A stretch of 64,000 nt of DNA from NCBI RefSeq assembly GCF_006345805.1, contig NC_043011.1, forward strand, positions 35,104,464 through 35,168,463, read 5' to 3'. The position numbers and the translations under genes were made by a program. Below are positions 12,992 to 24,965 of the stretch, in pieces. How positions within the stretch are numbered: the first letter of the stretch is position 1; each line of letters starts with the position of its first letter. The DNA is from Octopus sinensis (lineage: Eukaryota). Below the pieces are notes generated by a model. It was given only the letters and a program-made list of their open reading frames with translations, did not search any database and was not told the origin of the DNA.

Positions 12992-13247
12992 TACAGGATA
13001 ATGTTTTTTAAATTTTCTCCTGTTTACGGAATTAATCTTTATTTGCGGTTGAAGCTTTGGCTGTTATTTCTAGTGGGTGAATGGCCTATTATGGCCGTTC
13101 CTTGATTGTTGATGTTGAACTTAAAAATGGTCTATGACTATTTAATTTTTTCCCACTAGGCCGCTGGTGGCAAAAAGAATTCTACAAAATTTTTTTTTGC
13201 CACCCTATATTGATTAAATATATTATATATATATATATATAATATAT

Positions 13248-13297
<50 letters not shown>

Positions 13298-13645
13298 CTC
13301 TTGTGTCTGGGGAGAGTAATTTTCTTTTTGTGCCTTAGGTTTAGACATGCACATATATACCATTACCATAAGTTTGTGTTGGCAAGTCGACGAACGATCT
13401 TCGGTGTGATTGCTTGGGCTTCTAAGAAAAAGAAACTACTGCCTTCGTTTTTCTTTCGTCCATTTCTGTTATCGTTTGAGAATCGGTAACGTGAAGCAAA
13501 ATAATTTTTGTGGAGTTTCAGCGTCAAATAAATATTATTTTATTATTTCACTACTTTATTTTATTAACTTATTTTTGGTTTACATTGCTTACACTAATAC
13601 GTATCTTCTAAATTGGTATGTGTGTGCATATGTAAATGTATATAC

Positions 13646-13696
<51 letters not shown>

Positions 13697-13965
13697 ATAT
13701 ATATATATAATATATATATATTATATATATGTTGTGTATATACATATGTAGGTATGTATATATTTGTATATGCGTGCATGAGAGATATGCATATGTATTG
13801 TGTTAGTCACTCTTTCTCGGTATATACATAAATAAATACATACACTCTCACATACATACATACATACATACATACATACATACATACATACATTCACGCA
13901 TATATAATCCCTGTGTCTATAAATATATATATAATCTATTTAGAAGTATATATATATGTGTATAT

Positions 13966-13997
<32 letters not shown>

Positions 13998-15096
13998 AAA
14001 TCTCTCTCTGTATATATATATATAGATAGATAGATAGATAGATATTATTTATAATCTATATGTTACTTTTGTGTGTATATGTGTATATGTGTATGCTATA
14101 TGTGTTGTGTGTGTGTGGTACATATGTGTGTGTGTGTGTATTTGTGTAAATAACGCATGAAAACAAATATATATGATCTGTCTGTATCAGTATCAGATGT
14201 GAAAAAAAAAGAAACTTAAGTATAATAATAACGACAACAACAACAACAACAACAACAAGAGCAGCAGCAGCAGCAGCAGTAGCAGCATCAACGACAGAAA
14301 CAACAGAAGCAAGAACAGAAACAATAATACCGATAATCCGATAAGTTGCGATAAATGATCGTTAGAGTGAGAAAACAGGAGCGTAATAGGAAGATAAAGT
14401 TTCGTTTTTTTCTTTCCTTTGCGGTTGGATGCAGGAAAAAAAATTGTTTACTGTATCGTAGGTCTTTAAGAGACTCGGTGATAATTGTGATCAATATTTA
14501 GCGATAAGAATGTTTGATAAACGGATAGACAAACAGCCAAGGGGACAGGGAGATAGTTTAAGTGGGCGGATATCTTGGTAGTTAGGTGATATATTAAAAT
14601 GGTTGGCAGAAAGGTAAGCGTATAAGATTATACAAACGCATACAGACATACAGACACATATAAACAGAGTTATTAGCGAGGAGTTATCAGTTATCAATCC
14701 AGGCAAAACACTTTATAAGCTCTCTGTTATTATATCAGGCTAACAATATTGTAAAAGAACTTCGCGTTTTCTTGCGGCAGGGTCAGAGGTTATAGTTCAT
14801 CACTATCCTAAAAGTGAATCCGTAGCTGCGCTCCAGTTATACTGTTTTTTTTTAAAAAAAACAGGGTGATATACAAGACAAGGCATAAATAATGGTCATT
14901 ACATATTCTGCTTTATTGAAGTAATTTTGACCTACAGCTGTTTCTAGAAGTTTCTACACGTTCGTTATTGATACGCTTACTCAATCGGCTCGTTCATTCG
15001 TTGAGAAAAACTGAACGACCTAGAATATGAAGGCTACTTTCATCAGAATAATTTCTCTCTGTCTCTTTCTCTATCGAATGCCTCTCCTCCTCAATT

Positions 15097-15573
15097 CGGT
15101 GCTTCTTTGGCGTGCGATCTACAAGGAGGATTACTTCAGGTTACTTTTTAATTTCTAAAAACCCATAAGATGTTGCCTGAAGATTTTTACAATGTGATCA
15201 GCGACGAACGAAGACAGATGCATTTTGACAAGAAACCAGAAGACAATTGCATTTTGACAAGAAACCAGCACTAAATTCATATCATTTCTTAAGAAAAAGA
15301 CAGGTGCCACTTTGGCGTGTGATCTACAATTTAAAGGGAGATTACTCTAGATTACTTTTTAGTTTACTTTGTGTTAATGCTACTTTCCGTGTGATCCATT
15401 TGAGCAAATTAACTTTGGTGGGTGATCTACGCGCTTATTTTAATTCTTATATGGTTTCTTATTAAAATAGTAAGAATTTTGAAAAAATACATTTACAATA
15501 TTAAGTATGCAAAAATAATTTAAAAAGTAACCTAAAGTAATCTCCCTTGTAGATCACACGCCAAAGGAGCACC
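15097..15573. mobile_element. MITE-like element with ~50-bp terminal inverted repeats
   Basis: ggtgcttctttggcgtgcgatctacaagg..ggttacttttt at 15098 is the inverted match of 15521-15573; a third direct copy lies near 15302 and a related end at 31873. No TSD seen. Confidence 0.65.
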
Positions 15574-16214
15574 CTCTGTTCTTTATATTCCTTTCTCGCT
15601 TCCTTTCTTTGCTTCTTTTCCAAATCACTTCATTTCCCCCTTTCCTCTTTATTTCTCTTCCACTTACCTAATACCAATTCTTATTGCTCCTCTTCGCCTA
15701 CCCCCATGCCTGTACCATTCTTTCAGTGTTCTGCTTCGTTATAATCAGAAATGACTCTGACGAACGTAGCATAATTTTTTTAGATCGTTCAACTGGGGAG
15801 AAGTAGAAGATATAGAAAAGTCGAGAATATTGGAGAAAAATCATTGATGGCCTACGCTCCACAGGAAGTATATTGATATGGCAAGACTAAGCAACTTGTA
15901 AGTTCCGATTTTTATGTGATCTTTGTAGGTTTTGTATGGCATGTATAATGTCAGGAACACACAAATATATCTTTTAGCAACTTTTTCTAATATAGTCTTC
16001 AGGTTAATTTGAACCATTTCATCACGTTTTCTGTCTCGTTCATTCACGCTTCCCCTTGATAAAATTCTCTTAGAATCGGACAGCTTACCGAATTAAAGAA
16101 CAATGACGAAAGAGAGTGAAAGTGAGTGAGTGAGTGAGTGAGTGAGTGAGTGAGTGAGTGAGTGAGTGAGTGAGTGAGTGAGTGGGTGAGTGGGTGAGTG
16201 GGTGAGTGAGAGAG

Positions 16215-16400
16215 AACGATGTATATTGGTTTCAGATTTTGGCATAAGAGCAGTAATTACATCGATCCCAGTGTTCAACTGGTACTCATTTTATCGACCC
16301 CGAAAGGTTGAAAGGAAAAGTCAACCACGGCGGAATTTGAACTCAGAACGTAAAAACAGACGAAGTGCCGCTAAGCATTTTGCCCGGCTTGCTAAAGATT
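16215..16400 (-). mobile_element. SINE family A
   Basis: Reverse-complement match to the family A body and tail. Confidence 0.75.
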
Positions 16401-16569
16401 CATATTACTATTATTTTACATTCTGTGATGTTATTTGATATACGATAGCTTGTGATCTTGAAGCAGGTTGGGAATACTTAATCTTAGTCTTTTATGCTAC
16501 AAACACATTAAATACTCTCCTAACGATTTCAGTTAAAAATTAATGCTTTTTCAAAGAAAATAATGAAAA

Positions 16570-17600
16570 GCAAACCAGCTTGTTTAATATATTCTTAATA
16601 CCTTTCTGTGTTTGAAGAACTTAACGTTAAGAGTCATTACATTTCTAAACACTGTGGGTATGATAAACTAAAAGGAAATATGAAAAAAACGTTTAAAATT
16701 GAAACAAACAGATTGGGATCATCCTGAATTAACGTTTTGCTAAAGGACACAAAGATTGTAAAAGAAATTATACACGTAATCAATGCTGTTAATTAAAAAC
16801 ACATTCTAAAATTCTTCAAATTTATTGATGGAGAATTTACGAAAGAATGCCTTGCGGCAGTTGTTGAAATTTTCTACCCGGAAAAGACAAAACCGCTTGG
16901 AAACATTAAATAACAGGAAGAGCAGAAAATTAACTAGAAGTTAGTTAATTTTCAGTGGTTATCGACAAAAGGTACCGAAATCAATTTTAAAATCAGCTCA
17001 AATTACTGTTTTTATTCGAGTTGTAGATAAAGTCAGTCTTTAAGGCTCGTGAAGAAATGAATTTGCATTCAAATAGTAGAAGATTAGCGATTAAAGAAAC
17101 TATATCTATAAAGAGGTAAAGAAATCGATAATAAAATTTAATCTATCCCTCGAAGGGCTTATGAATGTATCAATTGACAGAACGCCTGCCAGGGGTTCTG
17201 TCTATGATAGGCGATGGTGGGCTTACTTTCTCGATTAAAATCACAATTAATTTAGCAGATAAAGAATTTATAAGATTCCACTGCATGGTTTATCCTGAAA
17301 ATTTACGTGACAAATCTATAAAATTCGAAAATGTTTCAAGAACCTGCTACATTATACCTTAAGTATTTATCCATCTCTAAATTAAAGAACCTTTAGAAAA
17401 ATTTGAACGTGAGTATGGCGGTCTGGCATATTATTATTGTGGAACTCAGCTTGTTTGTAAAGTAAAGGAAGAATCTTCAACTTTTCTATAGACTCAGAGA
17501 AGAAATATATGGAGAGTAAATTTGTTTTCTCACTGAGAAAAAAGAGCCAAACGTCACCTGTGAACGAATATGTCTGGGTAACATGTAGCATGCTGTCACT
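16570..17600 (+). pseudogene. Decayed hAT (Buster/SPIN/GTF2IRD2-like) transposase
   Basis: Frame-broken translation gives KPACLI, GEFTKECLAAVVEIFYPEK, SAQITVFIRVVD, IYKEVKKSIIKFNL..VSIDRTPA, FHCMVYPENL and LFYRLREEI, in family order. Confidence 0.85.
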
Positions 17601-18013
17601 AATTGTTTAGGCGCCTATGTCGTCACGAGCGGACACAGAGGACTCTTTTGGCTCTCTCTCATTTTAACCCTGCTGTAATCCAGAACGTGATAGGCCGGAG
17701 GAAGTATGCGATTTCCTAATTTTGGCACAAGAACAGAGCTCTTGAGAGGAAGGGATTAGTCAATGCTGTCGTCCCCAAGTACTTGACTTCTACAGTATGC
17801 TATCAACCTCGAAAAAACGGAAGCCAAAGTTGATTCCCGCGTTATTTGAAGTCAGTACATAAAAAAATTGGAAGAGTTACCGCAAAGCATTTTGTCCGGA
17901 ACTCTGACGATTCCACCCTGGATTAGTAATCTTGCATTTCTCATGTATACCAATAGGTATTTAAATGATTTTAATTATTGAAGATTACTAATTATTTAGA
18001 ATTACTAATCTTC

Positions 18014-18290
18014 GACAAGATCAGGAATGAAGAGATCCTATGGTATGCTGACCTTCCTGCTATGATGGAAATCCTCACTGGTAGAAATTTACGGCGGTTG
18101 GGCCACGTACACCGGACTCCCTAGACAAATCCTTTACTCCTAACTGTGCAAGGGGAAAAGAAAGAGTGGTAGACCTAGACTGAGATCCAAAGATAATGCA
18201 AAAAGGAATATGAAGTAGAAAGGAATTCATCATAATAAATGGCAAACCCAAGCGAAAAACCGACCAGCCTGGAGAAAGCTTATCAAGTCA
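18014..18290 (+). mobile_element. RTE-clade LINE 3' fragment
   Basis: DKIRNEEIL..RRLGHV..LPRQILYS.L..GKRKSGRPRLR.KD..NKWQTQAKNRPAWRKLI. Confidence 0.85.
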
Positions 18291-18400
18291 TGCCTAAGCC
18301 ATGATCGGTCATGGTTGCGAAGATTGACTGCAGATAATAATACTAATTAATTTACGTTTAGTGATTTTTAATTCAATAATTTAAATCTAATGATCTTAAG

Positions 18401-18670
18401 GTGCGCAACTCGATCAGGGAGCCTGTCCTCATCGGGCCACTCCTTCTCCGCATTGAGTTACCACAGCTCCGGTTCTTTGGAGATGCGATTAGAATCACAA
18501 GATGGATAGCTCAAGCCGAAGCAACTGCCAGAAGGGTAGAATGAGATGGCAGGATAATATCCATAGTCGTTGCTCGTTAAGTTTTGGGAATCCTGCACGA
18601 TGGTTACTTCTTGTAGGACCTTACGGAAGAGAAGTCTGATCCCCGTGACTCTCCCAGGAGTAGTAGGCAG
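18401..18670 (+). mobile_element. RTE (Rex3/Expander-like) LINE 3' fragment
   Basis: VRNS.IREPVLIGPLLLRIELPQLRFFG matches the LLLRIERSQLRWFG motif. Confidence 0.7.
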
Positions 18671-18763
18671 AAAAAAATGGAGAGGTGCAGTTTAAAATTA
18701 TAAAGTTAATTCATAAATTATATTATATTCATGACAGTTTTTTGGAACCCAGTTCTAAGTTTG

Positions 18764-18839
<76 letters not shown>

Positions 18840-19544
18840 TGTGTGTGTGTGTATCAGCAAGTGTGTCTTTGTGTTGTTTCCCACTACCGTTTGACAACCA
18901 GTATTGTTTTTTTTGCGTCCTTGTAGCGGTTTGGCGAAAGAGAGTCCGATAGAATAAGCTTAAGAAAAACCCAAAAAAAAAAAAAAATTCCAAGCAACGA
19001 TATTGGGGTGGAGTTCTTCGACTAAATCTTTGAAGGTGGTTCCCACAGCACGGTCGCAGTCTCTGAACAGAAAGAAGTAAGAGACAAAGGAGATAAAAGA
19101 CAAATGGTTTCAAAGCTTAAAAAAAAAAAAGCCCCAAACAAAAAAGAAGCCGATTTTAAACTCTTATCAAACGTGTTTCATGCTAAAGTCGGGTGAGATG
19201 GGCGAAAGAAAATTCACTTGAGTTGAACTGAAAATGGAAATATGTAATCGAACATGAAAGTGATGTTGCAAAAATTTCAAAGCAAAAGGCGCAGTGATGG
19301 CTGAGTGGTAAGAAGTTTGCTTCCCAGCTATATAGTTTTCAGTTCAATCCCGCTGAGTGGCACTTTAGGCAAGTGTCTTCTACTATAGTGTCGAAACGAC
19401 TTCGAAAGCTTTGTACAGTAATCCCTCGCCGTATCGCGGTTCACATATCGCGGTTTATTGTTTAAGATTACGTCGATTCCTCCGTGTTTTTTTTTTTTTT
19501 TTTTTGCATTTGTAATTAAATAAATTTATACGAATTATAAAAAT

Positions 19545-19940
19545 AACAAGAACACCCAGAGAGCGCAAACTCCAGTCAAGGCAACACCAACGTCTCCTCA
19601 ACGATTAGCCAGAGATGATTTTTAAAATGAGAATATCTGAAATAAACTCGACTGCTCTCACAAACGAAAATACTAAAAATGAACCCGACCGCTCTCAAAA
19701 ATTAAGTAAAAAAAAAAACCCCAAAAAACAAAAAAAAAAAAAAAAGAAAAAATAATCCAGAATCCTTGTCCGGTATCGGATCGATTCCAGAATCTAATCG
19801 GTTCGTGCCAATCACGATGCCAAAATTCCTGAAAGTTTCATCAGAATCCATCAGGCGGTTCCTGAGATATCTTGTCCACAGACAAACAAACACGACTGAA
19901 AACAATAGCTCCGCCGCCCTCTCTAAGGCAGAGATACTAA
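19545..19940 (-). mobile_element. Helentron-associated interspersed element (HINE/DINE-1-like)
   Basis: 5' palindrome ctctgcc..ggcggcggag, (GTTT) microsatellite, core gatggatt..gatgaaacttt, 3' ggagtttgcgctctctg; second copy at 31986. Confidence 0.7.
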
Positions 19941-19955
19941 AAAACATAAATAAAC

Positions 19956-20356
19956 AGGCGCAGGAGTGGCTGTGTGGTAAGTAGCTTGCTTACCAACCAC
20001 ATGGTTCCGGGTTCAGTCCCACTGCGTGGCACCTTGGGCGAGTGTCTTCCACTATAGCTTCGGGCTGACCAAAGCCTTGTGAGTGCATTTGGTAGACGGA
20101 AACTGAAAGAAGCCCGTCGTATATATGTATATATATATATATGTGTGTGTTTGTGTGTCTGTGTTTGTCCCCCCAACATCACTTGACAACTGATGCTGGT
20201 GTGTTTACGTCCCCGTCACTTAGCGGTTCGGCTAAGAGGCCGATAGAATAAGTACTAGGCTTACAAAGAATAAGTCCTGGGGTCGATTTGCTCGATTAAA
20301 GGCGGTGCTCCAGCATGGCCGCAGTCAAATGACTGAAACAAGTAAAAGAGTAAAAG
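19956..20356 (+). mobile_element. SINE family B, full length
   Basis: tRNA-like head ggcgcaggagtggctgtgtggtaag..gggttcagtccc, CORE-like cttgggcgagtgtctt, internal (TA/TG)n, tail (gagtaaaa)n. Confidence 0.9.
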
Positions 20357-20486
20357 TACTGTTTCTACTTTTCGAATTTTCATCTACCGCAGGGATTTTT
20401 GGGACGTATCACCCGCGATAGTCGAGGGATTACTGTAAGTGGATTTACTGGATGGAAACTAAAAGATACCGTGCTATATATGCGCG

Positions 20487-22835
20487 CATGAGAGTGTGTG
20501 TGTGTTTGTGTGTGTATGTGTGTGTTTGTGGCGTGTGTGTGAGTGTTTTTGCGTGGCTGTGAATGCATGTTTGCGCATGTGTGTGATTGTGCTTTTGCGT
20601 GTGTGTGAGTGTGTGTATGTGTGTGTGTGTGTGTGTGTGTGTTTGCGTGGGTGTGAGTGTGTGTTTGCATGTGAATGTGTGTGTGAGAGTGAGTGTTTGC
20701 ATGTGAGCGTGTGTGTGTGTGTGTGTGTGAGTGTGTTTGCATGGATGTGAGTGTGTGTTTGCATGTGAATGTGTGTGTGTTTGCATGTGAATGTGTGTGT
20801 GTGAGAGCGTGTGTTTGCATGTGAGCGTGTGTGTGTGTGTGTGTGTGAGTGTGTTTGCATGGGTGTGAGTGTGTGTTTGCATGTGAATGTGTGTGTGAGA
20901 GTGAGTGTTTGCATGTGAGCGTGTGTGTGTGTGTGTGTGTGAGTGTGTTTGCATGGGTGTGAGTGTGTGTTTGCATGTGAATGTGTGTGTGTTTGCATGT
21001 GAATGTGTGTGTGTGAGAGCGTGTGTTTGCATGTGAGCGTGTGTGTGTGTGTTGTGTGTGAGTGTGTTTGCATGGGTGTGAGTGTGTGTTTGCATGTGAA
21101 TGTGCGTGTGAGAGTGTGTGTTGCATGTGAGCGTGTGTGTGTGTGTGTGTGTGAGTGTGTTTGCATGGGTGTGAGTGTGTGTTTGCATGTGAATGTGTGT
21201 GTGAGAGTGTGTGTTTGCATGTGAGCGTGTGTGTGTGTGTGTGTGTGAGTGTGTTTGCATGGGTGTGAGTGTGTGTTTGCATGTGAATGTGTGTGTGTGA
21301 GAGTGTGTGTTTGCGTGTGAGTGTGTGTGTGTGTGTGAGTGTGTTTGCATGGGTGTGAGTGTGTGTTTGCATGTGAATGTGTGTGTGTGAGAGTGTGTGT
21401 TTGCATGTGAGTGTGTGTGTGTGTGTGAGTGTGTTTGCATGGGTGTGAGTGTGTGTTTGCATGTGAATGTGTGTGTGTGAGAGTGTGTGTTTGCATGTGA
21501 GTGTGTGTGTGTGAGTGAGTTGTTTGCATGGGTTTGAGTGTGTGTTTGCATGTGATGTTGTGTGTGAGAGCGTGTGTTTGCATGTGAGCGTGTGTGTGTG
21601 TGAGTGAGTGTGTTTGCTGGGTGTGAGTGTGTGTTTTTGCATGTGAGTGTGTGTGTGTGTGTAGTGTGTTTGCATTGGTGTGAGTGTGTGTTTGCATGTG
21701 AATGTGTGTGTTGTGAGAGTGTGTGTTTGCGTGTGAGTGTGTGTCTGTGTGTGTGAGTGTGTTTGCATGGGTGTGAGTGTGTGTTTGCATGTGAATGTGT
21801 GTGTGTGAGAGCGTGTGTTTGCATGTGAGCGTGTGTGTGTGAGTGAGTGTGTTTGCATGGGTGTGAGTGTGTGTTTGCATGTGAGTGTGTGTGTGTGTGT
21901 GAGTGTGTTTGCATGGGTGTGAGTGTGTGTTTGCATGTGAATGTGTGTGTGTGAGAGTGTGTGTTTGCGTGTGAGTGTGTGTCTGTGTGTGTGAGTGTGT
22001 TTGCATGGGTGTGAGTGTGTGTTTGCATGTGAATGTGTGTGTGTGAGAGTGTGTGTTTGCATGTGAGTGTGTGTGTGTGTGTGAGTGTGTTAGCATGGGT
22101 GTGAGTGTGTGTTTGCATGTGAATGTGTGTGTGTGAGAGTGTGTGTTTGCATGTGAGTGTGTGTGTGTGAGTGAGTGTGTTTGCATGGGTGTGAGTGTGT
22201 GTTTGCATGTGAATGTGTGTGTGTGAGAGCGTGTGTTTGCATGTGAGCGTGTGTGTGTGTGAGTAGTGGTGTTTGCATGGGTGTGAGTGTGTGTTGCATG
22301 TGATGTGTGTGTGGTGGGGAGTGTGTTTGCATGGGGTGAGTGTGTGTGTTGCATGTGAATGTGTGTGTGTGAGAGCGTGTGTTTGCATGTGAAGCGTGTG
22401 TGTGTGAGTGAGTGTGTTTGCATGGGTGTGAGTGTGTGTTTGCAGTGAGTGTGTGTGTGTGTGTGAGTTGTTTTTGCATGGTGTGATTGTGTGTTTGCAT
22501 GTGAGTGTGTGTGTGAGAGTTGTGTGTTTGCATGTGAGTGTGTGTCTGTGTGTGTGAGTGTGTTTTCATGGGTGTGAGTGTGTGTTTGCTGTGAATGTGT
22601 GTGTGTGTGAGTGTGTGTGTGGTGTGTGTTTGTGCATGGGTGTGAGTGTGTGTTTGCATGTGAATGTGTGTGTGTGTGTGTGTGAGTGTGTTTGCGTGGG
22701 TGTGAGTGTGTGTTTGCATGTGAATGTGTGTGAGTGTGTGTTTGCATGTGAATGTGTGTGTGAGTGTGTGTTTGCATGTGAGCGTGTGTGTGTGTGTGTG
22801 TGAGTGTGTTTGCGTGGGTGTGAGTGTGTGTTTGT
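20487..22835. repeat. (GT)-derived satellite with ~90-bp higher-order repeat
   Basis: Three TTTGCATG-anchored subunits (tgaa, tgag, ggtg) cycle; atgtgaatgt recurs at 21371 and 21461. Confidence 0.9.
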
Positions 22836-23330
22836 CTCCAGCGCTAAAAAGTACTCTCGTTCAGTCAGCCGTGCCGAAGCATCAACGTCAAAACAACTAC
22901 GCCGAATCGCCTAAGTCCGCCTTGTGCAATACAGTTTCTTAAACCACCGTAAAACCAGAGCACATACCTCTATGCAGCTTAGCAGACTATAAGAGAATAC
23001 ACAGGCAATGATAAAATACATTATAGCATATTATGCAGTAATGCAATATAGTTAAAATGAAATATAGACATTTAATGCAGCCAGCATCAAGACGTTAATT
23101 AGAAATAATTAATATTAGTTCAATGATTAATAATCGGAAATATTATTCTATTACGGTCTACGTATATATTATGACTTTATATTATGAGCAAAACCGCAGA
23201 CATAACCAATTATAAGCACGTTTGTGTTAATCATAAGTTAATAGACCAATAAACAATGTAACGACATCGAAGTCATTCTGTTACACATATAACATTCATA
23301 TTATATTATCCGCGAAGCAGACGCGCACAC

Positions 23331-23361
<31 letters not shown>

Positions 23362-23723
23362 GTCACACACTTACACACACATACACAAATAAAACGAACT
23401 CGCGCGCGCATTAGAATGTACGCATACAGACAGAAAGAGCGAATGAGAGAGAAAGAGAGAGAGAGCGCGCGAGAGAGAGAGAGGGAGAGGGAGGGAGGGA
23501 GAGAGAAGCATTATAGGTTTTAACAAGATTGACATAACACTTCTCTTCTCCTCACATATAAAGAGAAATATGCCCAGACGTAAAGATAGACAGACAGACA
23601 AACAGACATAGATAAATGGATTATATATATACATACATACACCATTCTTGCATACACAACACATATATGTGTGTATATACATACATACATACATACATTA
23701 TATATATATTATATATATATATA

Positions 23724-23757
<34 letters not shown>

Positions 23758-23760
<3 letters not shown>

Positions 23761-23951
23761 TTAATCCAAACGGGAAAACAGAAAAAACAACAACACGTGA
23801 AACAATTACAGTATTAATATTATTAGGCGCTCAGGAAAATGGAAGAGGGAGTATGACATTTCGAGCGGAGCTCTTCGTCGAAACATAGGAGAAAGAAAGA
23901 TCCCGAGACGGGAGGACAGAGGAAAAAAATTGCAGGTATCTTCACGAGGTC

Positions 23952-23952
<1 letters not shown>
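23758..23952 (-). mobile_element. ~190-bp element in (TA)n with a decayed minimal hammerhead (Penelope-type pseudo-LTR-like)
   Basis: Minus strand reads tcgacga-a-GAGC-tcc-GCTC-GAAA-tgtc (23853-23884); related to 63540-63712. Confidence 0.6.
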
Positions 23953-23982
<30 letters not shown>

Positions 23983-24965
23983 ATATATATAACTTAGTAT
24001 ATATATAACTAGTATATGTATATTTTTATGTCTTTTGATAGTCAAACAGAAACGGGTATTCTATACTTTATAATTTAGCGAATGTTTGAATAAAACATAG
24101 CGGTTAAGTTTGCGGACATTTTAGTTATAAAATATTATGTTTACGAAAAATACGGTGTCATATGAATTATGTACCTTATGAAAAATTACATTCTCTATCT
24201 GGATGTAATTATATGTATGTTTGCATTTACTGTTTTATGGAAATATGTGAGTGAATCTACTTAGTTAATACCACGGCCTTGGTGTCGTTTGGGGTGGCTT
24301 GATGTCTGCATGCATGTATGTGCAGTCGGTTGGGTTCCTCTGTTTTGCATGTGTATAGTTGCGATACTACCTCTTATATTATCTATTTATTTATTTATGT
24401 TTTGGTTGTGTATGTGGCTATGTCTGTGTGTATGTGTGTGGTGTGTGTGTGTGTGTATACATATAACTATGTATGTATGTGCGCACGATCTGTGGATGTG
24501 CGTGCGCGTGTGTATGTTTCCTGGCTAACTAACCGTAAAATTTCCATTGTGATTCAAATTTAAAACTATAAGCCAATCGAATATATCTATGAAAATCAAT
24601 ACCAAGCGGGCAGAGGAATTCGACTTATTGAGTATATATGTGGATGTCCGCTTGCTTTAGATGGTACAATCATGGTTGTTATTATTATTATTATTAATAT
24701 TAATATTAATTTTATTGACTTTTTGTGTGGTTACACATTTTAATAGACTGGACTGTTAAATATATATGCCTGCTTTAAATGTGAGTGTACATGTATTTCC
24801 TTGATGTTGGTTATAAACTATGATTCAATATGGAACATTATGTGTTTGTTGTTAATGTATATTGATCTATATTGTTTATATTGTATTATTGTATATATAT
24901 ATATGTGTAGAATTATGAGTGTCTATGCACACATACTTATATTTATATGTAATTTTTTTTCATAC

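Larger units (their letters stand above)
8632..13217. mobile_element. Hammerhead-containing tandem array (candidate non-LTR retrozyme), ~489-bp unit
   Basis: 8 complete + strand units (9307-13217) and ~1.4 inverted units (8632-9306); one HHR per unit; (TA)n on both flanks. Confidence 0.9.
19416..20435. mobile_element. Tc1/pogo (Tigger-like) MITE carrying two nested insertions
   Basis: 13-bp perfect TIR CAGTAATCCCTCG, TA TSD at 19414-15 and 20436-37; uninterrupted relative at 33274-33460. Confidence 0.85.
19287..20480 (+). mobile_element. Old SINE B head split by a Tigger-like MITE (host parts 19287-19415 and 20438-20480)
   Basis: aaagctttgTA | insert | TAagtggattt continues the SINE B sequence aaagccttgtgagtggattt. 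Confidence 0.8.

Noticed and set aside
8632-13217. CRISPR-like array
   Set aside because: Whole units are repeated with no unique spacers, and the context is eukaryotic.
14931-15047. Minus-strand CTGATGA...GAAACAGCTGTA hammerhead-like remnants
   Set aside because: Helix II and helix I do not pair in register.
15757-15790. CTGACGA followed by an AACG/CGTT stem
   Set aside because: No GAAA or helix III follows.
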